A stretch of 64,000 nucleotides of DNA, taken from NCBI GenBank assembly GCA_039802605.1, contig JBDRWW010000002.1, positions 160,001 through 224,000 of the forward strand, read 5' to 3'. Shown here in pieces: positions 31,235 to 40,859 of this stretch. Each line of letters starts with the position of its first letter. Positions within the stretch are counted from its first letter, which is position 1. The DNA comes from a candidate division WOR-3 bacterium (GTDB lineage: Bacteria; Hydrothermota; Hydrothermia; LBFQ01). The notes under the pieces are model-generated. The model was not told the origin of the DNA. It saw only the letters and a list, made by a program, of their open reading frames with translations, and did no database searches. The translations under genes and the position numbers were made by a program.

Positions 31235-33433
31235 TTGAAGAAACTCATTCTCCCCGTAAGGGGGATGACATGCAATTCCTGCGCTAGAACCGTAGAAAAT
31301 GTCCTAAAATCAAAGGGTTTTGGTGAAGTATCCGTTGATTTTGCATCTGGAAGGGCCGTAATTTTGGTTGATAACCCAGAAAAACTACAAGAGGCCGGCA
31401 AAGAGTTAAGGGACTTCGGTTATGTTATATCCTACGGGGAGATAACGGTTAAACTACCGGATGCCGATTATGATGCTTTAAAGAAAGTTGCCGCGGAGTT
31501 GGAAAATTTGGATGGGGTTATAAAGGTAGATGTTGAAACGGTTGGGAATAGGCTGTTTGTATTTTATTCGCCTTTACAGGTTTCGGAAGAAAGCATTCTA
31601 CGAATGGTTAAAAAAAGCGGATATACATACGAAATTGAGGGAGAAGGGATAAAAAGGGAAAGGGGTTTAACGCTTTTTCAGAGGTTTTTGATAAGCCTAC
31701 CCCCCACCCTCTTGGTCTTGTTGGGGCATCACTTGGGGATAAAACCCTTTGATAACACGGTTTTGCAGGGGATATTGGCCACATTTGTGGTGCTGTTTGC
31801 GGGCTATCCAATAATCAAATCCGGGATAATGGGCTTTCTTAAACTCTCCTTAAACATGAACTCCCTAATAGCGCTTGGAACGATAAGCGCCCTCATATCC
31901 CTTAACTTTGAGCCCGCTGCGGTTATAATAACCCTTATCCTCTTTGGAAAATCCTTAGAGGAGAGGATTAGGGGTTTAGCGTATAGGGAACTGGGGAGTT
32001 TGGTAGAAGGGATACCCAAATTCGCAAATGTTAAAAAAAACGGAAGCATATCAAGGGTATATGTTGGGGAGGTTGAGGAAGGGGATATAGTGATAGTTAG
32101 AAGTGGTGAAAGGGTTCCCGTTGATGGAGTGGTTATAGATGGAAGGGCGGAGGTATCATTGGCGGTTTTAACGGGGGAAACTAGGCCTGTAAGCATTTCA
32201 AAGGGCGATAAAATTTATGCGGGGGCGGTTTTGATAAACGGGTTTTTGGAAGTTAAGGTGGAAGGGGTTGGGAGTGATACTTTCATAGGTAGGTTAAAGG
32301 AATTGGCTTTAAAATCACAAGAGGAAAAGAATAGGGTTCAGAGGTTGGCGGATAAGATTTCCGCATATTTTACCGTTGCGGTTTTAACAATAGCCCTAAT
32401 AACATTCTTGGGTTGGGCGCTTTCGGGGAATATAAACAAGGGTATATTATCCGCAATTTCGGTTATGGTTGTTGCATGCCCTTGTGCCCTAGGAATAGCA
32501 ACCCCCGTCGCAATAGCCGTAGCCTTTTCAAGGTCAATAAAGAGGGGAATACTTATAAAGCACCCAGAGGTATTAGAAAGGGCAAAAAATATAAATGTTG
32601 TTGCCTTTGACAAAACCGGAACATTAACGGAGGGGAAACCCAAGGTAGTGGGTTTTGAGGGGGATGAAAGGACTTTGCCTTATATATCATCTTTGGCATC
32701 AAAGAGTTCCCACCCCTATTCAAGGGCCATTTATGAGTTCTTAAACGGGGAAAGTTTAAAGGTTGAGGAGTTTAGGGATGTACCGGGTTCCGGAATTGAA
32801 GGGATTGTTGAGGGTAAAAGGGTTAAGGTTGGGAAGGGGGACTTTGTGGGCGTTAAGGATGAAGGGCTTTTCGGATGCGTTGAGGGTATGGGATGCGTTA
32901 AGTTTTTGGTTGATGATAGGGTTAAGGAGGCGGCCCTTAAATGCGTTGAAGATTTAAGGAATATGGGTTTAAAGGTTTTTATTATAAGCGGGGATAACGA
33001 GGAAAATACGAGAAAAGTAGCGGAAACCCTAGATGTTGATGGATATTTTTCAAATATTTTACCGGATGAAAAGGTTAAAATGGTGGAACTTTTAAGGGAA
33101 AAATTCGGAAAGGTTGCTTTTGTGGGCGATGGGATAAACGACGCCCCGGTTTTGGCATCTTCGGATATGGGTATAGCTGTGGGAAATGCAACGGATTTGG
33201 CGGCATTATCCGGCGATATTATTATAATAAGGGGGGATATAGACAGGGTTCCGGAAGTTATAAGGATTTCAAGAAAAGCATACCGCAGGATTTTGCAAAA
33301 CCTATTTTGGGCTTTCTTTTATAATTCCCTACTAATACCTCTTGCCTCCTTTGGGTTTGTCCCACCCGAGTTATCCGCGATGGCCATGAGCCTTAGTTCC
33401 ATTACCGTAGTGTTTAACTCCCTTAGACAATAA
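31235..33433 (+). CDS. copA: Copper-translocating P1B-type ATPase
   Basis: GMTCNSC HMA domain, TGE, CPC, DKTGT, HP, GDGINDAP, YN and MxxSS. The TTG start follows the tRNA directly. Confidence 0.92.
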   Translation: MKKLILPVRGMTCNSCARTVENVLKSKGFGEVSVDFASGRAVILVDNPEKLQEAGKELRDFGYVISYGEITVKLPDADYDALKKVAAELENLDGVIKVDVETVGNRLFVFYSPLQVSEESILRMVKKSGYTYEIEGEGIKRERGLTLFQRFLISLPPTLLVLLGHHLGIKPFDNTVLQGILATFVVLFAGYPIIKSGIMGFLKLSLNMNSLIALGTISALISLNFEPAAVIITLILFGKSLEERIRGLAYRELGSLVEGIPKFANVKKNGSISRVYVGEVEEGDIVIVRSGERVPVDGVVIDGRAEVSLAVLTGETRPVSISKGDKIYAGAVLINGFLEVKVEGVGSDTFIGRLKELALKSQEEKNRVQRLADKISAYFTVAVLTIALITFLGWALSGNINKGILSAISVMVVACPCALGIATPVAIAVAFSRSIKRGILIKHPEVLERAKNINVVAFDKTGTLTEGKPKVVGFEGDERTLPYISSLASKSSHPYSRAIYEFLNGESLKVEEFRDVPGSGIEGIVEGKRVKVGKGDFVGVKDEGLFGCVEGMGCVKFLVDDRVKEAALKCVEDLRNMGLKVFIISGDNEENTRKVAETLDVDGYFSNILPDEKVKMVELLREKFGKVAFVGDGINDAPVLASSDMGIAVGNATDLAALSGDIIIIRGDIDRVPEVIRISRKAYRRILQNLFWAFFYNSLLIPLASFGFVPPELSAMAMSLSSITVVFNSLRQ

Positions 33434-34752
33434 TGTGCGGGATAGTCGGGGTTATAAGCGAAAAAGGGGTTAAACTTAGCGATTTTTTAACGGTTTTGCA
33501 CGGATTACAACACAGGGGCCAGGAATCTGCGGGGTTTGTGGGATACACAAAGGATGGGGAACTTATAACATTTAAAACCTTCGGTTTGGTATCCCAAATC
33601 CTTGAAAAATTCGGTGAAAACCCAACGGTTAAAATCCTCATAGGACATACGAGGTATTCAACGACGGGTGAAAGTTGGAGGCTCGAAAACATTCAACCAT
33701 TCTTTGTTTTAAGGGAAGATGGGATTACGGCAATTGTGCATAACGGGAATATAAGGAATTATAACGAGATAAAGGAGGGTTTATCCTCAAAGGGTGTATT
33801 TTTCCGCTCCACATCGGATACGGAAGCCATATTAAACCTTTATATAACCCTAAAAGGGGAGGCGGAGGATAGGTTTAGGGAAATGGCGGAGGTTTTAAGG
33901 GGGGCTTGGACGGTTTTGTTAATAGAAGGTAAAAACCTTTTTGCGGTCAGGGACCCATACGGTTTTAGGCCATTATGGATGGGAAGGAGGAATGGGGAGG
34001 TTTGGTTTGCATCGGAGGATTCGGCCCTTATATCGGCGGGAGTTGTGCCGATAAAAGAAATAGATAGGGGTATGGGCGTTAAGGCTTCGTTTTCGGGAAT
34101 ATCCGAATTTACAGTTGGTGAAAAAACCCCTCTACCCTGTTCCTTTGAACTCGTTTATTTTGCAAGGCCTGATAGCAATATATTCGGAAAATCGGTTTAT
34201 AAATGGAGATATTTTGCGGGAGAAAAGTTGGCGGAGGTTGAGGATGTTGATGCGGATATAGTGGTACCCGTCCCGGATTCTGGAAACATTTACGCCTTGG
34301 GCTTCTCAAAAAAGCTAGGAAAACCCCTACATTTTGGGCTTATAAGAAGCCATTACGCCGGGAGGAGTTTCATACAGCCAACGCAAGAAAAGAGGAAAAG
34401 CACGGTTAAGATGAAACTTTTTCCCGTTATTTCGGTCTTAAAGGGTAGAAGCATATACCTGATAGACGACTCAATAGTCAGGGGAACCACCATGAGGGAA
34501 ATAGTTCGTATGATAAGGGAGGCCGGAGCGAGGGAGGTTCATGTAAGGATAGGTTCCCCGCCCGTGATAGGACCCTGTTATTACGGCATAGATACACCCA
34601 ACAGGAAAGAGTTAATAGCAAACCAGATGGATGTTGAAGGTATAAGAAAGTTCATAGAAGCAGACACTTTGAAATATTTACCTCTGGAAGTTTTCCGCGA
34701 TTTCTTACGGAACTTTTGCATATCCTGTTTTTCGGGAAATTATGAGGTTTAA
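33433..34752 (+). CDS. purF: Amidophosphoribosyltransferase
   Basis: MCGIVG, LQHRGQES, GHTRYST, PVPDSG, DDSIVRGTT, YGIDTP. Confidence 0.96.
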   Translation: MCGIVGVISEKGVKLSDFLTVLHGLQHRGQESAGFVGYTKDGELITFKTFGLVSQILEKFGENPTVKILIGHTRYSTTGESWRLENIQPFFVLREDGITAIVHNGNIRNYNEIKEGLSSKGVFFRSTSDTEAILNLYITLKGEAEDRFREMAEVLRGAWTVLLIEGKNLFAVRDPYGFRPLWMGRRNGEVWFASEDSALISAGVVPIKEIDRGMGVKASFSGISEFTVGEKTPLPCSFELVYFARPDSNIFGKSVYKWRYFAGEKLAEVEDVDADIVVPVPDSGNIYALGFSKKLGKPLHFGLIRSHYAGRSFIQPTQEKRKSTVKMKLFPVISVLKGRSIYLIDDSIVRGTTMREIVRMIREAGAREVHVRIGSPPVIGPCYYGIDTPNRKELIANQMDVEGIRKFIEADTLKYLPLEVFRDFLRNFCISCFSGNYEV

Positions 34753-35836
34753 ACTCATAACCGGATCATTGTTACACAGACCTTTAAGGTTCCTTTTGGT
34801 TATACTTGCCCTATCAATATCCTTAGCCTTCATGTCCTTTTTGCTTTCATTCGGTGAAGGTTTAAGGGCTTATGTTAGGAACATAGCGAAGGATTTTCAA
34901 CCCTTTGCCATAATCCAACCCAAAAACTTCATATCCCTTACCCCGAGCATACCGATAAGTTTGGTGGATAGTTTAAAAGATCTCGGATTTTATGATATAA
35001 GGCCCGTTATAATTTTTCCCGTTGTGAATCCCTTACAGGTAAACAAGCAATATTTTATCGTGGGTTTACCCGTGGGAAAAAGCCCAATAAAGTATAAGGT
35101 TTTGGAAGGTAGGGACTTAAAGGATAACAATAGGGAGGCGTTGATAGGGGATAGGTTGAAGGAAATTTTAAGAAAGAATTTGGGGGATTCCGTTTTTGTC
35201 GGTAGTGGTATTTATAAAGTTGTGGGGGTTATACGCTCGGAGGATTTCAGGCTTAACTCCGCCATAATCGTCCCGATAAACGAGGCATTAGAGGATTTCA
35301 ACATTGATAAGGTTAATCTTATAGCGGTAAATATAAACGGCAATAAAGAGAAACTTAAACTTTTGAGAAGGAAGTTAAACCGATACGATGTTCTTACGGC
35401 GGAAGAGATTTTGGGTTTTATAAACACCATTATAAACCTTTCGGATGCCGTTAGGTTTTCCTTATCCTTGGTTTCAATATTCGTAAGCATTATATTCCTA
35501 TTTGCAATTATGATGATAACGGTTCATGAGAGGAATTGGGAATTTGCCCTTTTCAGGGCTTTGGGTATGGGGAACTTTGAGGTTTTCCGGATTGTAATAA
35601 TGCAAAGTCTGACTTTGGGAATCGTATCTTGGGTTTTATCCATACCCATTTCCCTAATTATGATATTCGCATCAAACGAACTTTTGAATAGGTTTTTCGG
35701 TATGAAAATAGGCCTTTATACCCCAAAAATCGCCCTTATATCGTTATTTATTGCAATAATAGCGCCCATAATTGGGGGAATATTACCCGCAAGGAATGCG
35801 ATGAGGGTTAATATAAGGGAATCTTTGGGGAAATGA
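34742..35836 (+). CDS. ABC transporter permease (MacB/FtsX/LolE family)
   Basis: TM, periplasmic domain, then 3 TM; EGR and ERNWEFALFRALG motifs. Confidence 0.9.
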   Translation: MRFKLITGSLLHRPLRFLLVILALSISLAFMSFLLSFGEGLRAYVRNIAKDFQPFAIIQPKNFISLTPSIPISLVDSLKDLGFYDIRPVIIFPVVNPLQVNKQYFIVGLPVGKSPIKYKVLEGRDLKDNNREALIGDRLKEILRKNLGDSVFVGSGIYKVVGVIRSEDFRLNSAIIVPINEALEDFNIDKVNLIAVNINGNKEKLKLLRRKLNRYDVLTAEEILGFINTIINLSDAVRFSLSLVSIFVSIIFLFAIMMITVHERNWEFALFRALGMGNFEVFRIVIMQSLTLGIVSWVLSIPISLIMIFASNELLNRFFGMKIGLYTPKIALISLFIAIIAPIIGGILPARNAMRVNIRESLGK

Positions 35837-36492
35837 TTGAGGCGCTTGAAATACAAAAATCCTATGGGTTAAAGGTAAAAACAAAGGCTTTGGACGGCTT
35901 TTCTTATAGGTTTGAAGAAGGAAGGGTTTATGGGGTTGTGGGTCCATCGGGAAGCGGAAAAACCACGCTTTTATATGTCCTTTCGGGTATAGAGGTGCCG
36001 GATAGGGGAGAAGTAATCTTTATGGGTAAAGGGTTGTTTTCAATAAATGAGAAGGAAAGGCGGGATATAAGGAAAAGGTATTTTGGATTTGTTTTCCAGC
36101 ATTTCTACCTTATACCCTATTTAAACGCGGCTGAAAATGTGATGTTGGGTCAATACATAAAGGCGGGCAAAACGGATAAAGCGGAAGCCTTAAAAATCCT
36201 TGAAAGTTTGGGTATAAACGACCCCTATAAAAAACCCTACGAGTACTCCGGCGGGGAGCAACAGAGGATAGCAATTGCGAGGGCATTGGCCGGAAATCCA
36301 AAGGTAATATTTGCGGATGAACCCACAGGAAATTTGGATACAGAAAATTCCAAGAGGGTTTTCTCCGTACTATACGATTTGGCAAAAGATGGTAGGGTTG
36401 TTATACTCGCAACACACGATGTCGAAAACTTAAAGGCCGATGTCGTTATAAGGTTAAGGGATGGTAAAATACTGGAAACCTATCAACCTTAA
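35833..36492 (+). CDS. ABC transporter ATP-binding protein (LolD/MacB-like)
   Basis: [28 protein letters not shown]. Confidence 0.95.
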   Translation: MIEALEIQKSYGLKVKTKALDGFSYRFEEGRVYGVVGPSGSGKTTLLYVLSGIEVPDRGEVIFMGKGLFSINEKERRDIRKRYFGFVFQHFYLIPYLNAAENVMLGQYIKAGKTDKAEALKILESLGINDPYKKPYEYSGGEQQRIAIARALAGNPKVIFADEPTGNLDTENSKRVFSVLYDLAKDGRVVILATHDVENLKADVVIRLRDGKILETYQP

Positions 36493-36503
36493 AATTTTCG
36501 GAA

Positions 36504-36923
36504 ATGAAAGAGAGGCCGATGAAGATACTTATAGCAAAGGTGGGTTTGGATGGACACGATAGGGGTGCCAAGGTAATCGTAAGGGCGTTAAGGGATGCGG
36601 GCTTTGAGGTGGTTTATACCGGCTTACACCAAACCGCCGAAAATGTGGTTAATATGGCCTTACAGGAGGATGTTGATGCAATAGGTATATCAATCCTCTC
36701 AGGTGCCCATATGACCTATTTCCCAAAAATTCTGAAACTTATGAAGGAAAAGGGTTTGGACGATGTTTTGCTTTTCGGAGGAGGGATAATTCCGGATGAG
36801 GATGCAAAGGTTTTGGAAGGTATGGGGGTTGGTAGGATTTTCGGTCCCGGAACACCCATAAGCGAAATAATAGACTACTTAAAGGATTGGTACGAAAGGA
36901 ATAGGATAAAGAAATCGGCATGA
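36504..36923 (+). CDS. Cobalamin-binding small subunit of an acyl-CoA (methylmalonyl-CoA) mutase
   Basis: GLDGHDRG...SILSGAH...GGGIIP. Confidence 0.93.
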   Translation: MKERPMKILIAKVGLDGHDRGAKVIVRALRDAGFEVVYTGLHQTAENVVNMALQEDVDAIGISILSGAHMTYFPKILKLMKEKGLDDVLLFGGGIIPDEDAKVLEGMGVGRIFGPGTPISEIIDYLKDWYERNRIKKSA

Positions 36924-37495
36924 AAACAACCTTTAAAGGTATATTAAAGTTCGGAGTATATTTTGCGGTATGGGTTGTTATATGGCTTTTGTTTTTTGAT
37001 TTTTTTCTGAGTTTGATAATCCCGATATTTCAAGGTAGGTATAACACAACCGTTGTCCCAAATTTAAACTTTAAAACCGTAGAGGAGGCAAAGGCCGAAG
37101 CAAAAAAGTTTGGTTTAAACTTGGTTGTTGATACTATTATTCCAACCATTGAACACCCAAAGGGTGTTATAATAGGTCAGGAACCACCACCAAATACAAA
37201 GGTTAAAAGGGGAAGGAGGGTTTTCGTCACGGTATCGGGAGGGGCGCATTTCAAGAAGGTGCCGGACATAGTGGGGATGTCCCTTGATTTGGCGGTAAGA
37301 TCCCTGCAAGATCAGGGTTTTACGGTAAGGGTTGAACCCATATATACAATAGACGAAGAACCCGGGTATGTTATAAGGATAAATCCGTCACCGGGAACGG
37401 ATGTACCCATAGGTAGCACCATAACACTTTATTACACGGAGGAACCACCCGATACATCACAAACCGATACCGCGCCCGATCTCCAACAACGGTGA
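36920..37495 (+). CDS. Membrane-anchored protein with two PASTA domains and no kinase or PBP domain
   Basis: TM followed by VPNL...GVIIGQEP...VSGG and VPDIVG...GYVIRINP repeats. Confidence 0.9.
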   Translation: MKTTFKGILKFGVYFAVWVVIWLLFFDFFLSLIIPIFQGRYNTTVVPNLNFKTVEEAKAEAKKFGLNLVVDTIIPTIEHPKGVIIGQEPPPNTKVKRGRRVFVTVSGGAHFKKVPDIVGMSLDLAVRSLQDQGFTVRVEPIYTIDEEPGYVIRINPSPGTDVPIGSTITLYYTEEPPDTSQTDTAPDLQQR

Positions 37496-37577
37496 TAAGG
37501 GGTTATGGTGCGAAGTTCACAAGCGAGCCTATAACGCTTTTATCGGGCCGTTTTAATTACCCCTATAAAATACCCAC

Positions 37578-38321
37578 TTGTACTTTTTGTTTCCCCTTAT
37601 CGGATTGTTTGCGGGTTTTACGGGTTCCCTTTTGGGTTTGGGAGGAGGAATAATAGTTGTGCCTTCGCTAACAATGCTGGGCCTAAATGTCAAAACCGCC
37701 GTTGCGATAAGTATATTTTCAACGATAGCAACCTGGGCATCCGCTTCTGAAAAATACATAAGGTCTAACCTTGTTGATTTTAAAATAGCGTTTTTTTTGG
37801 GTTCAGCAACGACTATTGGGGCGTTTATAGGTTCAAGGGTGTTGTTTATTTTTCCCGAAAAGGTAATAATCTTTATCTTCGTTTTTATAACCCTATTGGT
37901 TTTGTATTCAAACATACTGGGGTTATCTTCGGATAACAAAACGGAGAAATTTACACCTATTAGACTCATCTTTTCCTACGCTTTTATGCTTTTTGCGGGT
38001 TTTATCTCCGCAATTCTGGGTATAGGGGCGGGTGTTTTTAAGGTTTTTGCAATGGATAAGATCCTTAATATGCCTTATAGGGTTTCAACCGCAACGAGCA
38101 TGTTCCTAATAGGGATAACGGCATCTTCAAGTGCGGTTTATTACGCCTTCAATAAGGATTTGGATCCCTTCCATACATCCATAGTGTCCATAGGTGCTAT
38201 AATAGGGGGTCTCTTGGGTTCAAGGGTTATGGTAATACTTCCGGTAAAGGTTTTGAGGGTTATATTTTCCATCGTTGTAATTGCCTTAATCGGGAGCCTA
38301 GTTTTTAAAACGCTTATATGA
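37578..38321 (+). CDS. TauE/SafE (TSUP) sulfite exporter family protein
   Basis: GSLLGLGGGIIVVP and SAILGIGAG repeats; about 8 TM. Confidence 0.9.
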   Translation: MYFLFPLIGLFAGFTGSLLGLGGGIIVVPSLTMLGLNVKTAVAISIFSTIATWASASEKYIRSNLVDFKIAFFLGSATTIGAFIGSRVLFIFPEKVIIFIFVFITLLVLYSNILGLSSDNKTEKFTPIRLIFSYAFMLFAGFISAILGIGAGVFKVFAMDKILNMPYRVSTATSMFLIGITASSSAVYYAFNKDLDPFHTSIVSIGAIIGGLLGSRVMVILPVKVLRVIFSIVVIALIGSLVFKTLI

Positions 38322-39223
38322 GAAAATCCGCAATTTTTATTTTGGTCTTTCTTTCAATGGTATCGGAAATTTTTGTGGGTAGGGTTTTTGGTTATGAAAT
38401 ATTGGTTTTGAGGATTTTAAGGTTATTCCTTGGGATTTCGGCGGGTTTGGGTCTGGGGGTTGTGGGTGCGGTTTTACAAAGGGTTTATAGGAATCCCTTG
38501 GCGGACGGTTATATACTGGGTATATCCGGAGGGGCAATTTTCGGGGTGGCAATTTCAGAATATTTAAAACTACCTATGCCCTTTTATACCACATCGCTAA
38601 TATTCTCCCTATTGGTTTCGCTTATAATAATTCTTGTAAGTCCTAAGGTTCACGAGTGGATGCTACCGGTAATAGGAATAGGTATGGGGATGTTTTTTTC
38701 ATCTGTGGCTATAATGTTTTTTATCATGGCCGGAGCTGAATCCACAAGAACCCTTTATGCCCTTTGGGGTTCTTTGGGTAGATTTTTCTCCATAAGCGAC
38801 ATTGCAATAGTTATAACCGTTTTCATATTTACCCTTGCCTTATCCCTTTTACTCATTTTAAAAAATAGGGAATTTGATGCCACATCACTGGGGAATTTGG
38901 AGGCTTTATGTTTGGGTTATGATCCAAAGTTAATAACCGTTTATGCAACCCTTTTATCATCCCTTATAGTTGCGGTTTTAACATCTTATGCCGGTATTAT
39001 AGGGTTTGTGGGTATAATGGCTCCCCACATGGTTAGGATATTGGGCTATAGGGAGGGTTGGCAGTTTTATGCCTTTTCGGGTATGTTGGGAATAGCCTTC
39101 GTACTCCTTGGGGATTCCTTGGGAAGGTTGATTTTTGGTATAGACCCCCCAATTGGGGTTATTATGGGTATAATAGGTTCCCCATTCTTCATTTACTTAG
39201 TATTGAAAGAGGGAAAGGGTTAA
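38318..39223 (+). CDS. FecCD/BtuC-family ABC permease
   Basis: RNPLADGYILGISGGA, EALCLG, GIIGFVG, IGSPFF. Confidence 0.92.
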   Translation: MRKSAIFILVFLSMVSEIFVGRVFGYEILVLRILRLFLGISAGLGLGVVGAVLQRVYRNPLADGYILGISGGAIFGVAISEYLKLPMPFYTTSLIFSLLVSLIIILVSPKVHEWMLPVIGIGMGMFFSSVAIMFFIMAGAESTRTLYALWGSLGRFFSISDIAIVITVFIFTLALSLLLILKNREFDATSLGNLEALCLGYDPKLITVYATLLSSLIVAVLTSYAGIIGFVGIMAPHMVRILGYREGWQFYAFSGMLGIAFVLLGDSLGRLIFGIDPPIGVIMGIIGSPFFIYLVLKEGKG

Positions 39224-39706
39224 ATCTTCAAACACCTTATTGCGGTTTTCAACGGTAAGGTATACAACCTCAAAGTTTTCCTTAATTTTCCTTATCAATG
39301 GATGCACATTTTTCAGGGGAATGGTGGCTAGAATATCAAGGTCCTTTAAAAATATAAGCCTTTCAACGGTTTCAACAAAACCTTTGGAAAACATCTCCAT
39401 CTTCCCTATCTCATCCAAGATGAGGATTTTATCCATTAGGGGGTTTTTTATCTTTGGTAAAACGAGTTTCTCAAACCCCGAAACATCAACGGCGTATTTC
39501 CCAACCCTATAATGCGAATTGAGTTTTATATGCGCCAGTACCCCACTCTCCCCCCAGGTGGTTATAACCTTAAAACCAACCCTTTTACCACCTTCCATTA
39601 TCTCTTCCGTCCAAAATCCGTAAAACCTTTGTGGATTTTTAAGGAAAAGCCTTTTTATCAATGTTGTCTTACCCACACCCGGGGAACCGGATATAAAGAT
39701 TTTCAA
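39197..39706 (-). CDS. THEP1/NTPase_1-family nucleoside triphosphatase
   Basis: [31 protein letters not shown]. Confidence 0.92.
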   Translation of the reverse strand: MKIFISGSPGVGKTTLIKRLFLKNPQRFYGFWTEEIMEGGKRVGFKVITTWGESGVLAHIKLNSHYRVGKYAVDVSGFEKLVLPKIKNPLMDKILILDEIGKMEMFSKGFVETVERLIFLKDLDILATIPLKNVHPLIRKIKENFEVVYLTVENRNKVFEDLTLSLFQY

Positions 39707-39966
39707 GGCAAATCAATGCCCCCCTTTGAAAAGGGATTACACCTCAAAACCCTCCAAACCGCCTTAAACAAGCCTTTGAACAGTCCATATTTCCTTAAGG
39801 ATAAAACAGCATATTCGGAACATGTTGGATAAAACCTGCAAGTGGCGGGTTTTAAAGGGGAAATGTATTTTCTATATGCGTTAATCAGGAAAATCAGGGA
39901 TTCTGTTATTGGGCTTTTGCCCTTGCCCTCGGATGATTCGGGTCTATTTGTAATATCTGTTGCCAT
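39703..39966 (-). CDS. yidD: Membrane protein insertion efficiency factor
   Basis: YISP...[11 protein letters not shown]...RCNPF..GG.D.P. Confidence 0.93.
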   Translation of the reverse strand: MATDITNRPESSEGKGKSPITESLIFLINAYRKYISPLKPATCRFYPTCSEYAVLSLRKYGLFKGLFKAVWRVLRCNPFSKGGIDLP

Positions 39967-40685
39967 GCCCTCTTTGCACCCTCCATATCTCCTTGGGCTT
40001 CTAAGGACAAAGCGGTTTTTTCAAGTTTGATTATACGCATATATTTCTTTGCAACTTCATCGTTTGGGTTCTTGCTTAAAGCATCCCTAACCATCTGCTC
40101 TGCCTTTGATATATTCCCCTGATCGTAATAAACCTTTTTAATATCTTCCTCCTTCAATGTTTCTATGTTCAAAGATAAACCTCCCGAAAGCGAGGGGGTT
40201 ATGTCCGGCATTTTTGTTGTGGGTGTGGAAGGTTTGCTTAAACTAACATTTCCGCTTAGGTTTGAGGAACCCAAATCTATCGTTGGAGCCTTTATATCGG
40301 GAATACCCGTCGTTTGGGTCGGTTGTTTTTGTTCCTTTAAAACCAATTGACCCTGGGTATTTTGTGGTTGTTGGTTTTCGGGGATAATTAGGGCATTGGA
40401 CGATGTATCGGGCTTCTGGGTTTCAACCTTCAAAACCCCTGTGGTTTCCTGTTGTTGAACGGTCTTTGGTTTGTTTTCTTTACGAACTTCACTTTTAACT
40501 TCGGATATGACTTTACTTAAAATGGTGTCTTTAAGGTTGGCCGAGCTTTGTAATGTGTCCGGTGATTCAACTTCCGCCTTTTGGAGGTTTTTATTTAAAA
40601 AATAATACGCAACGCCGACCCCTACACCTCCCCCTATTGCGGCCGCTATAATAACCAAAAATACGATTAATATTATCCTCCTCAA
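39906..40685 (-). CDS. Membrane-anchored protein with a Thr/Gln/Pro-rich linker and C-terminal TPR repeats
   Basis: N-terminal TM; TPR-like GNISKAEQ...NPND and [20 protein letters not shown]. Confidence 0.75.
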   Translation of the reverse strand: MRRIILIVFLVIIAAAIGGGVGVGVAYYFLNKNLQKAEVESPDTLQSSANLKDTILSKVISEVKSEVRKENKPKTVQQQETTGVLKVETQKPDTSSNALIIPENQQPQNTQGQLVLKEQKQPTQTTGIPDIKAPTIDLGSSNLSGNVSLSKPSTPTTKMPDITPSLSGGLSLNIETLKEEDIKKVYYDQGNISKAEQMVRDALSKNPNDEVAKKYMRIIKLEKTALSLEAQGDMEGAKRAWQQILQIDPNHPRARAKAQ

Positions 40686-40761
40686 CGCCGATATTCTAAG
40701 GTTGTATTAGAAATTTTTCAACAGAGATTTCTCAAAACGGAACGGGTGTATAATATCCGTA

Positions 40762-40857
40762 ATGTCTGTTGATGCCTTGGTGGTTATGCTAACCGCTTGG
40801 GGTATAATCATAGCACTATTCGTTTGGAGTATGTATAGGATTTTGAGGGAAAAGTAG
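40762..40857 (+). CDS. Unannotated 31-aa single-TM small protein (resembles MetS-type small subunits)
   Basis: MSVDALVVMLTAWGIIIALFVWSMYRILREK. TATAAT lies 7 nt upstream, and the stop is 2 nt before topA. Confidence 0.65.
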   Translation: MSVDALVVMLTAWGIIIALFVWSMYRILREK

Positions 40858-40859
40858 TT

